DNA of 64,000 bases, taken from contig CAYOCD010000005.1 in the NCBI GenBank assembly GCA_964402425.1, positions 6,064 through 70,063 of the forward strand, in the 5' to 3' direction. Of the stretch, positions 38,450 to 48,439 are shown piece after piece. This DNA comes from an uncultured Gammaproteobacteria bacterium. GTDB lineage: Bacteria > Patescibacteriota > Patescibacteriia > UBA9934 > GWF2-40-263. Position 1 is the first letter of the stretch. Every line of letters begins with the position of its first letter. The position numbers and the translations under genes are program-made. The notes beneath the pieces were generated by a model. It did not search any database, was not told where the DNA came from, and was given only the letters and a program-made list of their open reading frames with translations.

Positions 38450-39223
38450 ATGCATATGAACTACACATCTGACATTCTTAAAGGACTCGAGGCCTTTGGT
38501 CTTGACGAAAAAGAAGTCAAAGTTTATCTCGCTGGTCTTGAAATGGGAACTGCGACCGTGCTTGAGCTCTCTCGTCGAACAGAATTACCAAGAACTACGC
38601 TCTATCCTATTCTTGAAAGACTCGAACAACATGGAGTGTTTAAGGTTGGTAGACAAAAAAATACCACGGTTTACATTGCAGAGCTTCCGGACGTATTGAA
38701 TCGTCAGCTCGAGGATCGTGCGACTCTTTTTTCCAAAACACTTCCCGCCCTTCAAACGATTCGTGGATCTGTGAACGAAGGTCCGGGTGTAACGTTTTAT
38801 GAAGGGTCAGATGGATTTAAGCGTGTATGGAAAGCGATTATCGGATCTGGGGTGAAAGAATATCGATTGATCACAAGTGGAACGGGTTTACTCGATTATG
38901 TTAAAGAACCGTACATTGTAAAGCGTGTGATTGCAGAACGTTTGCAAAAGAAAATTTTGAGTAAGCAGCTTATTCCGGAATCGCGCGATGCTCGAAAGAT
39001 TGTGGAGAAAGATAAAGAAGAGTTACGTGAATCACGATTCCTACCGGTTGGAACCGTGTTGCCCTCTACCGTTATTATCTTTGCAGATCAGGTGGCATTT
39101 ATTACAACACGTAAAGAAAATACGATGATTCTGCTCGCCTCTGGCGATGTTGCGCTCACGTATAAAACATTATTTGAGTTGATTTGGGAGAAAGCGGATA
39201 AGGGAGAGAGCAAAAAGGTCTGA
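38450..39223 (+). CDS. TrmB-family transcriptional regulator, paralog 2
   Basis: ...ILKGLEAFGLDEKEVKVYLAGLEMGTATVLELSRRTELPRTTLYPILERLEQHGVF...; same C-terminal ...LWEK ending as paralog 1. Start ambiguous (TTG 38414, ATG 38450 or 38456). Confidence 0.7.
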   Translation: MHMNYTSDILKGLEAFGLDEKEVKVYLAGLEMGTATVLELSRRTELPRTTLYPILERLEQHGVFKVGRQKNTTVYIAELPDVLNRQLEDRATLFSKTLPALQTIRGSVNEGPGVTFYEGSDGFKRVWKAIIGSGVKEYRLITSGTGLLDYVKEPYIVKRVIAERLQKKILSKQLIPESRDARKIVEKDKEELRESRFLPVGTVLPSTVIIFADQVAFITTRKENTMILLASGDVALTYKTLFELIWEKADKGESKKV

Positions 39224-39252
39224 AGAAAACAAAGATACGAGCTGATTCGTGT

Positions 39253-39309
39253 CTTTTTTTATTCCTTTCCTCCCCTTTTACCCTTTCCGCCTTTTCCACC
39301 CTTCTGTTA
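39253..39309 (+). repeat. roughly 55-nt polypyrimidine (CT-rich) tract upstream of polA
   Basis: tctttttttattcctttcctccccttttaccctttccgccttttccacccttctgtt, with only about 5 purines. Confidence 0.6.
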
Positions 39310-39322
39310 AACTGTTCCGTAC

Positions 39323-42058
39323 ATGAACTCCCCCAATAAAACCCTTTATATTCTTGACGGAAACGCCCTTCTTCATCGCGCGTGGCATGCGGTTCCTCCG
39401 CTTGCTACAAAAGAAGGACTGATCGTAAATGCTGTTTACGGTTTTACAAATGTGGTTGAAAAAATTCGCTATAGCTTTAAACCAGATTACCTTTGTGTTG
39501 CATGGGATCTCCCAGGGAAGACGTTCCGGCACGAGGCTGTCGAAAGTTATAAAGCAACGCGCGCAAAAAAAGAACCGGAATTGTACGCACAGATTCCGAT
39601 GATTCAGGAATTATTATTGTCGTATCATGTTCCGTCATACAGCATGCCTGGATATGAAGCTGACGATGTGATTGGAACGATCGCAGAAATTGTCAAAAAA
39701 CAAAATGTGAATGTGGTGATTGTGACGGGAGATATGGATGCACTCCAATTGGTGGATTATCACGTTCGTGTCCTTTCCTTTATAAAAGGGGTTTCAGAAA
39801 CGAAGCTATATGATGAAGCGGCTGTAGTTGAGCGTATTGGACTTAAACCAGAACAACTGATTGATTATAAAGCATTGCGTGGAGATACATCTGACAACAT
39901 TGCGGGCATCGCGGGCATTGGTGAGAAAGGTGCCCTCGAGCTCATTCAAAAGTTTGGAACGGTTGATGGAATCTTTGAGGCACTGAAAAAAGGTGAGGTG
40001 TCTTCTAAGTTTGCAAAAAAACTTGAAGGCAAAGAAAATGTTGCAGAAGAATCCAGGATGCTCGTGACAATTATCCGTGATGTTCCGATTGAGTTTCATC
40101 TTGATGAAACGGTTTATCAATCACCAAATCTCGATTCCCTTCTTGAACTGTTTCGTAAATATGAATTTAGATCATTGTTGCGAAAATACTCGACAGCGAT
40201 GAGTGATTCTGAAATGTCTCCTCCTCCAATGGATGACATGAGCGGATCTAGATTCGTTGTCGCAGAACCTGAGAATTTGGTGAGTCCTATTGAAGAACCA
40301 CAAGCGCAAGAGTTCGCGTCAAAACGCGGCGCGATTATCAGAATTATTCACGAGCTTCCGCTTCTAGAATCTGCTCTTGAAAAAATCAAAGAAGAAACAT
40401 TGGGAATTTTGCTTGGGACACAAACACCAGATCTCTTTGGTGCAACACACGCTGCATTTGCGATCTCAGACGGGTCGCATGTGGTTTGTGTGATGAACCC
40501 ATCGAGAGCACATTTAGATCTGCTTCATAAAAAGATTTTACGTGCAGAAAAAGTAGTGGTGCATGATGAAAAGTTTTTGATGCACACACTTGATTGGAAA
40601 TTCACGAATGAAGTTTTCGATGTCATGATTGCTTCGTACCTTTTGAATGCAGGTTCACGTTCGTACGACATTGGCACAATTCTCAACGAAGAACTTGGAG
40701 TGAAGAATGCGGAACTTTCCGTTTCGTACACGAGCGAAAAAGATTACAAAAAACTTGCGGAGCTCGCACAGCATTTGCCTGCGCTTGAAAAAGTTCTTCG
40801 CAAAAAATTACAGGAGACAAAACAAGAGTATGTGTATGATCAGATCGAAATGCCACTCATTCCTGTGCTCTATAAAATGGAAGAAAAAGGCATTGAGGTT
40901 GATGTAAAAGCGCTCGGAGTCTTTTCAAAAGAGCTTGCAAAAAATATTACAAGTCTTGAGAAAAAGATTCGTGATATTGCCGGAGAAGACGTAAACGTCA
41001 ATTCCCCATCGCAGCTTGCACATGTCCTCTTTGAAACTCTTGGTCTCTCAACAAAACAGATTAAGAAAACAAAAACAGGATTCTCAACAGCTGCGAGCGA
41101 ACTTGAGAAGCTAATGGAAGAACATGAAATCGTGCCAATGATCTCGGAGTATCGCGAACTCGCAAAGTTGCAGTCTACGTACGTTGAGGCACTTCCACGA
41201 CAAGTCGCAAAAGATGGTCGTATTCATACAACATACAATCAAACGATCGCAGCAACAGGTCGCCTTTCATCGATCGATCCAAACTTGCAAAACATTCCGA
41301 TCCGCACAGAACTCGGTCGCGAAATTCGCAAAGCGTTTGTTGCGGCAAAAGATTGTGTGCTCGTGTCTGCCGACTATTCGCAGATCGAGCTTCGTCTTGT
41401 TGCGATCCTTGCAAAGGACAAACCGTTTATTGATGCATTTACGCATGGTGCGGATATTCACACACGCACCGCTTCCGAGATTCTGGAAGTTCCAGAGAGT
41501 GAAGTCACAAAAGATCAACGTCGTGCGGCAAAGGCGATCAATTTCGGCGTTCTCTATGGCATGGGTCCAAGATCCCTCGCGCGAGGAACTGGACTCAGCA
41601 TGGCGGAAGCGAAAACGTTTATCGAGAAATACTTCACCATTCACAGTGCTGTACGTGAGTATCTCGATTCACTGAAACGAAAAGCACATGATGACGGATT
41701 TGTTCAAACATATTTTGGACGTCGTCGATACTTTCCTGAAATCGAATCCGGCATGCAAATGCTCATCGCGCAAGCGGAGCGCATGGCGCAGAACATGCCG
41801 ATTCAAGGAACGCAGGCGGATATTGTGAAGATGGCAATGTTGTCTGTGGATGGTTGGCTCAAACAAAGTCAGCTTCGTGCACATATCTTGCTCCAAGTTC
41901 ACGACGAACTTGTGCTCGAGGTTCATAAAGATGATGTTCCACTCGTCTGCAAAGGGTTGAAAGAGATGATGGAAGGAGTTGCAACATTCGAGATTCCACT
42001 TGAAGTGGAAGTAAAGAAGGGAGAGAATTGGGGGGAGATGGAGGTTATGTCATCCTGA
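39323..42058 (+). CDS. polA: DNA polymerase I
   Basis: 911 aa; 5'-3' exonuclease N-terminus (LYILDGNALLHRAWHA), and polymerase motifs A (DYSQIELR), B (RRAAKAINFGVLYG) and C (QVHDELVLE). Confidence 0.93.
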   Translation: MNSPNKTLYILDGNALLHRAWHAVPPLATKEGLIVNAVYGFTNVVEKIRYSFKPDYLCVAWDLPGKTFRHEAVESYKATRAKKEPELYAQIPMIQELLLSYHVPSYSMPGYEADDVIGTIAEIVKKQNVNVVIVTGDMDALQLVDYHVRVLSFIKGVSETKLYDEAAVVERIGLKPEQLIDYKALRGDTSDNIAGIAGIGEKGALELIQKFGTVDGIFEALKKGEVSSKFAKKLEGKENVAEESRMLVTIIRDVPIEFHLDETVYQSPNLDSLLELFRKYEFRSLLRKYSTAMSDSEMSPPPMDDMSGSRFVVAEPENLVSPIEEPQAQEFASKRGAIIRIIHELPLLESALEKIKEETLGILLGTQTPDLFGATHAAFAISDGSHVVCVMNPSRAHLDLLHKKILRAEKVVVHDEKFLMHTLDWKFTNEVFDVMIASYLLNAGSRSYDIGTILNEELGVKNAELSVSYTSEKDYKKLAELAQHLPALEKVLRKKLQETKQEYVYDQIEMPLIPVLYKMEEKGIEVDVKALGVFSKELAKNITSLEKKIRDIAGEDVNVNSPSQLAHVLFETLGLSTKQIKKTKTGFSTAASELEKLMEEHEIVPMISEYRELAKLQSTYVEALPRQVAKDGRIHTTYNQTIAATGRLSSIDPNLQNIPIRTELGREIRKAFVAAKDCVLVSADYSQIELRLVAILAKDKPFIDAFTHGADIHTRTASEILEVPESEVTKDQRRAAKAINFGVLYGMGPRSLARGTGLSMAEAKTFIEKYFTIHSAVREYLDSLKRKAHDDGFVQTYFGRRRYFPEIESGMQMLIAQAERMAQNMPIQGTQADIVKMAMLSVDGWLKQSQLRAHILLQVHDELVLEVHKDDVPLVCKGLKEMMEGVATFEIPLEVEVKKGENWGEMEVMSS

Positions 42059-42096
42059 GGGAGTTTGATGACCGAAGGGTCTCTTCGGAAAGTAAA

Positions 42097-42125
42097 ACCA
42101 TCGCACAATGCGGTGGTTTTTTTGT
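42097..42125 (+). terminator. terminator after polA
   Basis: ACCAUCGCA-CAA-UGCGGUGGU (one G-U pair) followed by TTTTTTTGTTG. Confidence 0.55.
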
Positions 42126-42198
42126 TGCTTGCGACACGCATCGATCAACGATACAATCCACTTACTTAACGGCGGGGAGATCCTTCGCCTTGCTCAGG

Positions 42199-43182
42199 AT
42201 GACACAGAATATGTTGTTATTTGTCTACGGCGATGACTCGTTCCGCACACAGGAAAAAGTCTCGCAACTCAAATCTGCGTTTCGTGAGAAACATGATCCA
42301 ACCGGTTTAAACACGGTTGTTTTTCCGTCTGCGGAAGGAAAGTTGGTTGCGGGAGATGTGATTCAAGCGGTGACGACCCTCCCCTTTTTATCTCCTCGAC
42401 GCATGGTGATTATTCGTGATCTGATTGACTCCGTAAAAAAAGATGATCTTGCGCTTTGGGAATCAGGATTATCAAGAACACCAGATTCAACGATTGTGAT
42501 TTTGTGGGAATCAAAAGCGGTCGATGCAATCGAAAAGAAACCGTTGTTTAAAACATTAAAAGAACATGCACAGATTCACTTGTACCCATTTCCTGCTCTC
42601 GCAGGTACATCGCTCACAACGTGGATTGCGGATCGTTGTAAGTCGAAAGGATCTGCAATCGAATCCGGTGCACTTCGTGCGCTCATTGAGCGTGTTGGTG
42701 CGGATCTGTGGCTCATGAGTCATGAGATCGATAAACTTGTTGCGTACGCAAACGGTGCCACGATCACAGAAACAATGGTCACACAACTTGTGCAAGCAAA
42801 CTTTGAAGGAAAGATTTTTGATCTCGTCGATGCACTTTCGCGCAAAGACGTTCGTGCAACTGTTCGCATGCTTGAAGAAGAACGTTTCGCTGGTTCCGAT
42901 GATTACTATTTGATGAGCATGTTCTCACGTCAGATCCGTCTGCTTCTCGGTGCGCGTTCTGTACTTGACGAGAATCCGCGAGCGGACAAGAACATCATCG
43001 CAACAGAATTAGACGTTCATCCATTTGTTGCGTCCAAACTCGTTACACAAGCAAAAAACTTTTCGCTCACACAACTTCTTGATGCGCACACTCAACTCTT
43101 TGAGTTTGATCGTGCGATGAAGAATGGCGGAATGAGCGCAGATTTGGCGGTGGATCTTGTCACATTACGATTAATCGCTTGA
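42199..43182 (+). CDS. holA: DNA polymerase III delta subunit
   Basis: MTQNMLLFVYGDDSFRTQEKV...; promoter TTGCGA-17-TACAAT upstream; the ORF extension back to 42028 is rejected. Confidence 0.75.
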   Translation: MTQNMLLFVYGDDSFRTQEKVSQLKSAFREKHDPTGLNTVVFPSAEGKLVAGDVIQAVTTLPFLSPRRMVIIRDLIDSVKKDDLALWESGLSRTPDSTIVILWESKAVDAIEKKPLFKTLKEHAQIHLYPFPALAGTSLTTWIADRCKSKGSAIESGALRALIERVGADLWLMSHEIDKLVAYANGATITETMVTQLVQANFEGKIFDLVDALSRKDVRATVRMLEEERFAGSDDYYLMSMFSRQIRLLLGARSVLDENPRADKNIIATELDVHPFVASKLVTQAKNFSLTQLLDAHTQLFEFDRAMKNGGMSADLAVDLVTLRLIA

Positions 43183-43200
43183 CCATCAAGCGATTTTTTA
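43174..43200 (+). terminator. terminator overlapping the holA stop
   Basis: TCGCTTGA-CCA-TCAAGCGA followed by TTTTTTA. Confidence 0.5.
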
Positions 43201-43204
43201 TTCA

Positions 43205-43732
43205 CTACAAACATGTTCCCCACAATCCAACTTTATTTTTCTTTGCATTTTTTTGCTCCTCTCGAAATTCTTTTTGGTATTGGTATGGAATCTTATAGGT
43301 ATATTCTTTTGCATATCCTTCCTGAATAAGGAGAAGATTGATATTTTCTTCATCAAGAAATACATAACGCAGCAGTCGATCGTATTTATCGCGATCATCT
43401 TGTGATGGATCTTTTTCTAGTCGCACTATTTTATGAGTGAGTAGTTCTTTTGTACGAGCAGAGGCTTCTGGTCCGTAACATTGAACAGGACGATTTGGAG
43501 CAACGGTTTCTGGAGTATTCATGCCGATAAATCGGATGGTTTCTGGTTTTTGATTCAGTGCAACAACAATGGTGTCCCCATCAACAACACGGATGACTTG
43601 TGATTCAGATGCTGTTTTTGCCTGTTTGGCATCAAGTGACTGGACGTTAGTTGATGAATAAAAAAACCATGAGAAAATAATACTGATAACAGCAACAAGA
43701 ATTGAATGTATTTTCTTTTGTGTGAGAATCAT
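43205..43732 (-). CDS. thermonuclease (staphylococcal nuclease-like), membrane-anchored
   Basis: ...VIRVVDGDTIVV...IRFIGMNTPETV...KYDRLLRYVF... SNase fold motifs. Confidence 0.75.
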   Translation of the reverse strand: MILTQKKIHSILVAVISIIFSWFFYSSTNVQSLDAKQAKTASESQVIRVVDGDTIVVALNQKPETIRFIGMNTPETVAPNRPVQCYGPEASARTKELLTHKIVRLEKDPSQDDRDKYDRLLRYVFLDEENINLLLIQEGYAKEYTYKIPYQYQKEFREEQKNAKKNKVGLWGTCL

Positions 43733-43874
43733 ATGTTGATCTATTTTATCGTATAAAAAAAGAACTCCCAAATGAATTTATCATTCAGGAGTTTTTTTAT
43801 AAAGAAAGTTTCTCAAGAAAAATATGTATTGTCAACGGATAAAAATAAAAATGGATCAGAAGATCCATTTTTAT

Positions 43875-44144
43875 TTATTTTGTTTTAAGCGCGTTCACTT
43901 TTTTTGTGAGACGTGATTTCAAACGTGCGGCTGTATTTTTTTTGATGACGTTTTTTGAAACGGCTTTATCAAATTTCTTGCTCACAAGTTTTGCAATTTC
44001 TGTCGCTTCTGCGAGATTTTTTGCGTCAACCAATTTGCGCAATTTTACGCGAAGAGATTTGATTTCTGCATTGATGACTTTGTTGTGCTGTGCACGTTTT
44101 TCATCTTTGCGCATCTGTTTTTTGGCGTTGTCTTTGTTTGGCAT
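43875..44144 (-). CDS. rpsT: 30S ribosomal protein S20
   Basis: 89 aa, basic, Ala/Lys-rich. Confidence 0.85.
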   Translation of the reverse strand: MPNKDNAKKQMRKDEKRAQHNKVINAEIKSLRVKLRKLVDAKNLAEATEIAKLVSKKFDKAVSKNVIKKNTAARLKSRLTKKVNALKTK

Positions 44145-44252
44145 AGTGTAATAAATAATTTTCAGGACAAGATGGAAAGGCTATATCTTCCTTTGCATCT
44201 TTCACATTCCGTGAGAGCGATACGGATTGGTCGAAGTTTAAGCGAAAATCCC

Positions 44253-45365
44253 CTAATCGTCAAGCATTTGACTTCCTTGTTCGATTTCGATGGGCTCAAG
44301 GAGTTTTCCTGCCGCTCCTTGTGTAATACGAAAGACATCTTTATCAACTTTTTTAAGCTCACCGGTTGAGGCATTGAAGGCTCGAACGGTTGTTTCTAGG
44401 TTTTTTCCAAGCTTATTATGATAATCTTCATAGGCTTTCATGTGTTTTATGAGAGCCTCAGCTTGAAGTTGGATATCTTTGACGGAATCTTCGATTTGTA
44501 AGGCTTTCAGTCCAAGAATGACAGTTTGAAGATAGGCAAAGAATGATGTTGGAGCGACGATCATGACCCCTTTTTCAAAAGCGTATTCGATGAGATTTCG
44601 TGCATTTACCTTTACGGCTCCCACACTTGAATTGATCAGGTTATGATAAACACCTTCTGCTGGAATAAACATGAAGGCAAAATTTGTCGTTCCTTTGTCT
44701 GGACGGATGTATTTTGATGTCTCATCGATTCGTTTTTTAACATCAGATTTAAATTCTTTTTCCAATTGTTCACGTAAGGCTGCATCTTGTTCATTAGAAA
44801 TTTTATTGTAATTCTCAAGAGAAAATTTGGAATCAATAGGAATCAACATCTCTTTAATGTGAATGACGGCATCCGGGATCAGTTTTTGGCCGGACGTTTC
44901 ATCTATACCGAGATCATATTGCATTTCATATTGTCCCGGGGCGAGAACTTGCCCAAGAAGGGATTCAAGCCAATATTCCCCAAGGATTCCACGGTGTTTT
45001 GGATTTTTGAGAATGTTTTCCAAGCTTTGAAGTTGTGTGGAAAAGCCCAAAACTTGCTTGTTTGTTTCGTCGAGTTTGGTGAGCTTTTCTGTTACGTCTC
45101 GAATAATTCCCGAAGTATTTTGAAAGTTTTTCTGCAGAGTTGACGATGATTCTGTCAGGTTTTTCATCATGCGATCTGACATGAGATCTAATCGGTCTGC
45201 AACTTCGCGGCGTTGGTTGTTGGTGGTTTCCTGAAGTTCTTTGCGGAGCTCGGTAAGTGTTTGTTGAAAAGAGGATTGATCAAAGGTTCCGGCTGGTTTT
45301 TTTGTGAAAAGAAAGATGATAATTGCAAGAAGCAAAAGAAGAATGATAATTTCAACAGGTGACAT
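44253..45365 (-). CDS. rmuC: DNA recombination protein RmuC
   Basis: N-terminal TM, long coiled-coil, then the RmuC C-terminal domain. Confidence 0.82.
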   Translation of the reverse strand: MSPVEIIILLLLLAIIIFLFTKKPAGTFDQSSFQQTLTELRKELQETTNNQRREVADRLDLMSDRMMKNLTESSSTLQKNFQNTSGIIRDVTEKLTKLDETNKQVLGFSTQLQSLENILKNPKHRGILGEYWLESLLGQVLAPGQYEMQYDLGIDETSGQKLIPDAVIHIKEMLIPIDSKFSLENYNKISNEQDAALREQLEKEFKSDVKKRIDETSKYIRPDKGTTNFAFMFIPAEGVYHNLINSSVGAVKVNARNLIEYAFEKGVMIVAPTSFFAYLQTVILGLKALQIEDSVKDIQLQAEALIKHMKAYEDYHNKLGKNLETTVRAFNASTGELKKVDKDVFRITQGAAGKLLEPIEIEQGSQMLDD

Positions 45366-45590
45366 AGGCTTTACGGTAAATGTTAAAGAAACGTATAATG
45401 ATCGAGGTTCATTATAGCATGCGACTAAAATAGTATTGATTATTTTACGACGCATGTAACATGAACGGCAAGCCCTAAATATTTTGATAGCGTGTCTGTG
45501 CTGGGTGAGTGTGGTGCAAATGCGTACATTGAAGTACTCTCAAGTAACGCACGAAAATCACCCTGGTGGATTGCAAAATAGTTAAGGCTT

Positions 45591-45666
45591 GTCCTCGTAG
45601 CATAAATGGATAGTGCTGTAGCGTCCTAAGCTATAGATGGGGGTTCAATTCCCTCCGGGGACACCA
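45591..45666 (+). tRNA. tRNA-Arg (anticodon CCT), CCA encoded
   Basis: Acceptor GTCCTCG/CGGGGAC with one U-G pair; anticodon stem GTAGC/GCTAT with loop GTCCTAA; T-arm GGGGG-TTCAATT-CCCTC. The D-arm still needs a consistent fold. Confidence 0.82.
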
Positions 45667-45703
45667 TTTACCTGAAAATAAGCGTTTAATATTTATATCA
45701 ACG

Positions 45704-45750
45704 AAAAATTGCTGAAATGCAACTAATACATTTCAGCAATTTTTTATTTG
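45704..45750. terminator. strong bidirectional hairpin after tRNA-Arg
   Basis: 16-bp perfect stem AAAAATTGCTGAAATG / CATTTCAGCAATTTTT with a 9-nt loop and T-run. Confidence 0.65.
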
Positions 45751-46531
45751 TGGATTTTATGTGTTGTTTCGCTCAAAGTTTTACGTTTGTTTGTGTTTTT
45801 TCACGTGAAACATTTTTTTGTATGTGTGGGTGGTGTTTCTTGGCTGTAAAAATCATCATTTTAAATGAATCATTCATAATGATTGGTAATATTCTGTTTT
45901 AATCTATTTTCACACTAAAACGTTTTGTGATTATTCATGATCTTTATGCTTCAAAGCTTGTGATGCTGTTTAATGTTGATTTCAAGAGTTTTTTAGCGAT
46001 ATCTTATATATTTGATGAAATAAATAGTATTTATATTGTGTTTGATGTCAGTTGTAAATATTTATGAATTTTGAGCAGGATACGGCAAAAATATAATTCT
46101 ATAAGGAAATGAACTATTAAACGTAGTGGAAGCAAGAAATCACTTCAATGAAGTATTGTGACAATGTAATTGTTCAGTCTCTTGAATGAGATATTTTTTA
46201 AATACCAGATCATGTCTGGTATTTGTGTTTCACATGAAACGTTTGCTGATAGCTGTATGAGTGCTTGAAGTTAAACATCCACACATTCTTTGAATGGGCA
46301 GAGAAATGGATTGTGTTTGAATGTAATAAATGAAGTTGGTAAAGACGGTGTCTCTATAAGGTTTACTTATGCACAATCTGTGCCCAACTAGATAAAATAT
46401 AAGTAAATTATACACAGGTTGTCTACAATGGTGTAGACAAAAATAGTAAATTGTGGATAACTCCGGAAAAGAGCGTTTTTATGTTGTTTTCAGAATGAAT
46501 TATCGAGAAAAAAAAGGAAAAGATCATTTAT

Positions 46532-46591
46532 TTTATCTAAATTTAGCGTAAATATGGCTTGACGAAATTTGTTGTTCATGGTACACTGTGT
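46532..46591 (+). promoter_or_regulatory. surface-operon promoter with an upstream TrmB-palindrome half-site
   Basis: TTTATCTAAATTTAG (46532-46546) matches 15 of 20 positions of the 11117-11136 palindrome. It lies 12 nt upstream of TTGACG-17-TACACT (46559-46587), and the ATG is at 46608. Confidence 0.5.
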
Positions 46592-46607
46592 GGGTAAAGG
46601 TAATGAT

Positions 46608-47519
46608 ATGAGCAAGCTTGTTGCCGCCTTTGTTCTTGTGGGGTTTTTTATATACACAAATCCCGTAACAGCAGAGATGACATCCACAAACTACCAGATC
46701 CGATGGGACTCCTTAACAGAGGGGGGTTCTGATACATCCAATTCGGAGACCTACGGAGTCCATGATTCTGTAGGTGGAAATGCCCTTGGTGGTTCTACGA
46801 GTGAAAGCTATCAAACAGATAGTGGATATAGAGCAGGTATCATTGATCAGGTCATTACATTCGACATTTTGCTTCAAAATAGCTCTGACTATCGATCAGT
46901 GGATGCGCGTATCGGAACGACCGTGTCTCTTTCAAACACAACAGGACTTTCTGTGGGGGCATATATCGCACTTATGCAAGATCATGGGGAAAATCAGGTT
47001 ACAGCCGTTGGAAAGATTGTAAGTATTTCCTCAGGAGTTTCTTTGACGGTGGATTCCTGGTCAGACAATGGAACAACACCGACCATCGATGGCACAAATG
47101 ATTTACTTTATCTTTTGAATGGGTCAGCGATTGAACTTGGATGGTTGAGGTCATCAGATGTGTCAACGGCCGTTATAGGATACGAGGTTACTGCCGATCT
47201 CGATAACGGTTATTCTGTTCAACTCATGACATCAGGCAGTCTTTCAAATGGAACACAGTCAATTACAAGTGTTGCAGACGGTTCGGTCACTGTTGGGTCA
47301 GAAGAATATGGGGCACGTTCCTCGGACACAAGTATTTCGACATCCACATTTGATACGCAAGACACGGCTCTTACGACATCATTTCAAGATATTGCAACAG
47401 AATCTTCAGCAAAATATGACAATAGACATTTTCTTACATTGAAAGCAGCTGTTACGTCAGCAGCAGGAAGCGGAACTTATTCGCAATCCATCACATTGAT
47501 TGCATCCGGCAATTTCTAA
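46608..47519 (+). CDS. secreted hypothetical protein (roughly 304 aa, Ser/Thr/Gly-rich)
   Basis: Signal peptide MSKLVAAFVLVGFFIYTNPVTA; first gene of a translationally coupled 4-gene block. Confidence 0.6.
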   Translation: MSKLVAAFVLVGFFIYTNPVTAEMTSTNYQIRWDSLTEGGSDTSNSETYGVHDSVGGNALGGSTSESYQTDSGYRAGIIDQVITFDILLQNSSDYRSVDARIGTTVSLSNTTGLSVGAYIALMQDHGENQVTAVGKIVSISSGVSLTVDSWSDNGTTPTIDGTNDLLYLLNGSAIELGWLRSSDVSTAVIGYEVTADLDNGYSVQLMTSGSLSNGTQSITSVADGSVTVGSEEYGARSSDTSISTSTFDTQDTALTTSFQDIATESSAKYDNRHFLTLKAAVTSAAGSGTYSQSITLIASGNF

Positions 47520-47520
47520 T

Positions 47521-48438
47521 ATGAATGTTCGCACGATTCTTCCCTCTCTCATCCTCTTTGCTCTTCCGCATCTGGCATATGCGGCGGCTGTTTCGCCTGC
47601 GGTGATTGATCTGGAGGGTGGGCGTGGTGAAGAGGTGGAGGCAGCATTTACCGTCATCAATACACAAGCAACGGATCAAACATATTACCTCGACACCCTT
47701 TCATTTCAAGCAAAAGATGAAACGGGAGAGCCAAGATTTCTTACAGAAGAAACATCGAACGATCTTTCAACATGGGTTTCGTTTCCTCTAGATCAAATCA
47801 GTGTCCCTGCAAGATCTAAAGTGGATGTTCCCTTTTCCGTTCAAATACCGGTTGATGTTTCTTCTGGAAGTTATCAATCTGCAATCACGGTCTCGAGTGC
47901 TCCTGCAGAAGTGGTTGCAACAAACGGAGCCATTATAGAAGCAAAAACAGCAACACTTGTTTTCCTCCTTATAAAAGGAGAGACAACAAAAAAAGTTGCC
48001 TTGCTCGATTTTGTGTCAAAAGACAAGTCAATTCGATCAGATGTTCATACGTCCTTTACCTTTCGTCTGCAGAATCAGGGGAATGTATATGCTGTGCCGG
48101 AAGGACAAATCGTTTTAAAAGATCTGTTTGGTCGGAAACTTGGGGCGATTGATATCAATGAGACAAAACAACGTATTCTTCCTGCAACAACACGATCGTT
48201 TCAAGCGTCAGATCAAAAAGCGGTTGGATTTCTGGATGTCTTAAAGGATCAAATGAATCATTTCTCGATTGGTCCTGTAATAGCAACGCTTTCAATAAAC
48301 TTTGGTGAAGGATTTGAGCCCATTCAAACAACTACATCGTTCTGGTATGTGCCACATCAGTTAATTCTCTCCGTTTTTCTCTTCGTTGGACTACTTACGG
48401 TCGGGTATCAAATCCTTTCAAAACATAAAAAAACGTAG
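47521..48438 (+). CDS. secreted protein with a C-terminal TM anchor (roughly 306 aa)
   Basis: Signal peptide MNVRTILPSLILFALPHLAYA; C-terminal helix LILSVFLFVGLLTVGYQIL plus a KHKKT stop-transfer; its ATG is 1 nt after the upstream stop. Confidence 0.6.
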   Translation: MNVRTILPSLILFALPHLAYAAAVSPAVIDLEGGRGEEVEAAFTVINTQATDQTYYLDTLSFQAKDETGEPRFLTEETSNDLSTWVSFPLDQISVPARSKVDVPFSVQIPVDVSSGSYQSAITVSSAPAEVVATNGAIIEAKTATLVFLLIKGETTKKVALLDFVSKDKSIRSDVHTSFTFRLQNQGNVYAVPEGQIVLKDLFGRKLGAIDINETKQRILPATTRSFQASDQKAVGFLDVLKDQMNHFSIGPVIATLSINFGEGFEPIQTTTSFWYVPHQLILSVFLFVGLLTVGYQILSKHKKT

Positions 48439-48439
48439 T

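Noticed and set aside
45751-46607. CRISPR array or mobile-element remnant in the AT-rich region
   Set aside because: No regularly spaced direct repeats, no transposase or integrase ORF, and no terminal inverted repeats; only dispersed palindromes.
46608-48438. WxL/DUF916-type surface-protein pair assignment
   Set aside because: The architecture (secreted protein plus C-terminally TM-anchored partner) is reminiscent, but I could not find W-x-L motifs or other diagnostic residues by eye, so it is left as hypothetical.
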